The translations under genes were made by a program, and so were the position numbers. This document shows, in pieces, positions 62,278 to 64,000 of a stretch of 64,000 nucleotides of DNA; the stretch's first letter is position 1; every line of letters starts with the position of its first letter. The notes under the pieces are model-generated. The model was not told where the DNA came from. It worked only from the letters and a program-made list of their open reading frames with translations, and ran no database searches. The stretch is taken from the NCBI GenBank assembly GCA_934086185.1, contig CAKOHW010000003.1:69155-133154 (forward strand), read 5' to 3'. Source of the DNA: an uncultured Bacilli bacterium. Its GTDB lineage: Bacteria > Bacillota_I > Bacilli_A > RF39 > UBA660.

Positions 62278-62305
62278 AAGTGGGCAGAATATCCCACTTT
62301 TATTA
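62278..62305 (+). terminator. Leader hairpin plus U-tract upstream of rimP (candidate autoregulatory attenuator)
   Basis: AAGTGGG CAGAATAT CCCACTT followed by TTTATT, about 15 nt downstream of the predicted TSS and 16 nt before the rimP ATG. Confidence 0.45.
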
Positions 62306-62320
62306 ATGTTTGGAGGGACT

Positions 62321-62572
62321 ATGGATAGTATTTTAGAAAAGATTAAAGAAATTATAAAAGAACCTATTAGTAAATTAGATTTAATTGTTGATTCAATAGA
62401 ATATGTTAAAGAAGGAAAGTATAATTTTTTAAATATAGTTTTAGATAGAGTTAATGGTATAGATTTAGATACTATTGTAGAGGCTACTAATATTATTAAT
62501 CCTATTTTGGATCAATATGATTTAATAAGTGATGAATATATTTTAGATATATCTAGTAAAGAAAGAGGGTAA
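62321..62572 (+). CDS. rimP: Ribosome maturation factor RimP, N-terminal domain only (C-terminal domain absent)
   Basis: Start at the ATG with RBS GGAGGGA (the track ORF at 62267 would read through the leader hairpin). Ends just after the conserved LDISSxxxG segment (LEVSSPG in RimP); nusA begins 4 nt later. Confidence 0.55.
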   Translation: MDSILEKIKEIIKEPISKLDLIVDSIEYVKEGKYNFLNIVLDRVNGIDLDTIVEATNIINPILDQYDLISDEYILDISSKERG

Positions 62573-62576
62573 ATGT

Positions 62577-63692
62577 ATGAATGGTAAGGAATTTATAAAG
62601 GCTGTAAAAATGATTACAGAAGAAAAAGGCATAAGTGAAGATATTGTTTATGAAGGTATGGAACAAGCATTATTAACTGCTTATAAGAAAAATTTTAAAG
62701 GTAAAACTAATGTTAAAGTAGAAATTAATAGAGAAACTGGAGATATTAAAGTTTTTACTTATTATGTAGTAGTAGATGAATATCATGATGGTGAAGAATA
62801 TACTGATGAAGATGGTAATATTCAATTTACTGAACCTGATATTAATGAGGATGCTCAAGTATTATTAGAAGATATTAAAGATAAGTATCCTGATTGTAAA
62901 GTTGGAGATGTTATTCAAGAAGAAGTTACTCCACATGATTTTGGTAGAATCGCAACAAGTACTGCTAAACAAGTTTTAACTCAAAAAGTAAGAGAAGCAG
63001 AAAGAAATAGTATAATAGAGGAATTTAGTGATAAACAAGATGAAATAATGGTTGGTAATCTTGCAATGGAAGATGCTAGAAATTATTATGTTGATTTAGG
63101 CCGTGCTAGAGGTATTTTACCAAAAAATGAAATTATACCTGGTGAAGAATTAAAAATGGGAACAAGTGTAAGAGTTTATATTAGTAAGATTGAAGCAACT
63201 ACAAAAGGACCTTTAATTTTATGTACTAGAAAACATTATGGATTTGTAAAAAGATTATTTGAAAGTTTAGTTCCTGAATTTAAAGATGGAGTTTTAGTAT
63301 TACATGGTGTTGCTCGTGAAGCTGGTGTAAGAAGTAAGGTTGCTGTTTCTAGTTTAAATCCAAATATTGATCCTATTGGAGCATGTATTGGAGAAAAGGG
63401 AAGCAGAATAGCATCAATACTTGCAGAGTTAAATGGAGAAAAAGTTGATTTAGTTTTATATAGTGATGATGAAGCTGAATATATTAAGAATGCTTTAAGT
63501 CCTGCTAAAGATGTAATTGTTAGTATAATAGATAATACTAAGAATCGTGAAGCTTTAGCAATTGTAAATGATGAAAATCAAAGACTTGCTATTGGTAAAA
63601 ATGGTATTAATATTAAACTTGCTAGTAAATTAACTAAGTTTAGAATAAATATTAAGACTATGGATCAAATTAATGAAGAGGCTAATCAATAA
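62577..63692 (+). CDS. nusA: Transcription termination/antitermination factor NusA
   Basis: N-terminal domain, S1 domain and two KH domains (GACIGEKGSRIASI ... AIGKNGINIKLASKLT). RBS AGAGGGTAAA. Confidence 0.95.
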   Translation: MNGKEFIKAVKMITEEKGISEDIVYEGMEQALLTAYKKNFKGKTNVKVEINRETGDIKVFTYYVVVDEYHDGEEYTDEDGNIQFTEPDINEDAQVLLEDIKDKYPDCKVGDVIQEEVTPHDFGRIATSTAKQVLTQKVREAERNSIIEEFSDKQDEIMVGNLAMEDARNYYVDLGRARGILPKNEIIPGEELKMGTSVRVYISKIEATTKGPLILCTRKHYGFVKRLFESLVPEFKDGVLVLHGVAREAGVRSKVAVSSLNPNIDPIGACIGEKGSRIASILAELNGEKVDLVLYSDDEAEYIKNALSPAKDVIVSIIDNTKNREALAIVNDENQRLAIGKNGINIKLASKLTKFRINIKTMDQINEEANQ

Positions 63693-63712
63693 AATAAATT
63701 TGGGGTGATATA

Positions 63713-63970
63713 ATGGTACAAAAGAAAATTCCAATGCGTACTTGTGTAGTTAGTCATGAAAAATTACCAAAAAAAGAACTTGTAAGAATAGTACGTAATA
63801 AAGATGGAGAAGTTTTTGTAGATGAAACAGGAAAACTTAATGGTAAAGGTGTATATTTAAAAAAAGATTTAGATATAATTAATAAGGCAGAGAAAAGTAA
63901 AATATTAAATAAATATTTAGAGATTGATGTAAATGATGAGATATATGAAGAATTGAGAAAAATAATATAA
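63713..63970 (+). CDS. ylxR: YlxR/RnpM family RNA-binding protein (DUF448)
   Basis: IPMRTCVVSHEKLPKKELVRIV ... GKGVYL. Conserved position after nusA. Confidence 0.8.
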   Translation: MVQKKIPMRTCVVSHEKLPKKELVRIVRNKDGEVFVDETGKLNGKGVYLKKDLDIINKAEKSKILNKYLEIDVNDEIYEELRKII

Positions 63971-64000
63971 TAGAAAGAAGGTATTTTTATGACAGTAAAA

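Noticed and set aside
62267-62320. N-terminal extension of the rimP ORF (MTDLSGQNIPLLLMFGGT)
   Set aside because: This stretch covers the leader hairpin and U-tract and lacks an RBS. The ATG at 62321 has a GGAGGGA RBS.
1-64000. CRISPR arrays, transposases, integrases, phage structural genes
   Set aside because: Searched for regularly spaced direct repeats, DDE/serine/tyrosine recombinase motifs and phage modules; none found. The only repeats are intragenic coding repeats (LysM units, SSWDSG units, dockerin repeats).

Overview
This 64 kb window comes from a very AT-rich (about 25% GC) low-GC Firmicute that uses the standard genetic code. It carries several sporulation-associated genes (SpoIID-like, YyaC-like protease, two YjcZ-family micro-ORFs). 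Gene order matches Bacillus/Clostridium housekeeping neighbourhoods: gpsB-rnpB, rodZ-pgsA-recA-rny, rpmB, dnaE, rpsD, and rimP-nusA-ylxR.

The 5' end (1-6 kb) is the accessory part. It holds a type I restriction specificity gene (hsdS) and, directly after it, an OLD-family ABC-ATPase/Toprim nuclease. A strong terminator follows, and just past it begins a cell-wall amidase/LysM gene missing its 5' half, so the defence cassette appears to have inserted into that gene. Next is an unusual fusion of a RelA/SpoT-type HD (small alarmone hydrolase) domain to a P-loop nucleoside-kinase-like domain.

No ORF in the supplied track covers the RNA genes: RNase P RNA (rnpB, 19364-19712), tRNA-Arg(ACG) and tRNA-Pro(UGG). 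The same is true of two tandem YjcZ-like micro-ORFs and a relic of an ABC-F ATPase gene.

Other points of interest:
- a three-gene paralog cluster of Tim44-like/zinc-ribbon proteins with SSWDSG tandem repeats;
- a peptidoglycan hydrolase with a clear C-terminal dockerin, next to a membrane-anchored cadherin-like surface protein;
- a CHAP-domain protein with a coiled-coil N-terminus plus a candidate immunity gene beside tRNA-Arg;
- an orphan HerA-like ATPase;
- a short DnaE whose PHP-domain histidines are all replaced;
- a promoter plus leader terminator in front of a C-terminally truncated rimP ahead of nusA.

I found no transposase, integrase or CRISPR array. At the left edge, a partial CDS ends at position 15 (frame 1, reading KSKK then stop), plausibly the end of hsdM. 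At the right edge, a new ORF starts at 63989 (MTVK...) and is cut off by the window.
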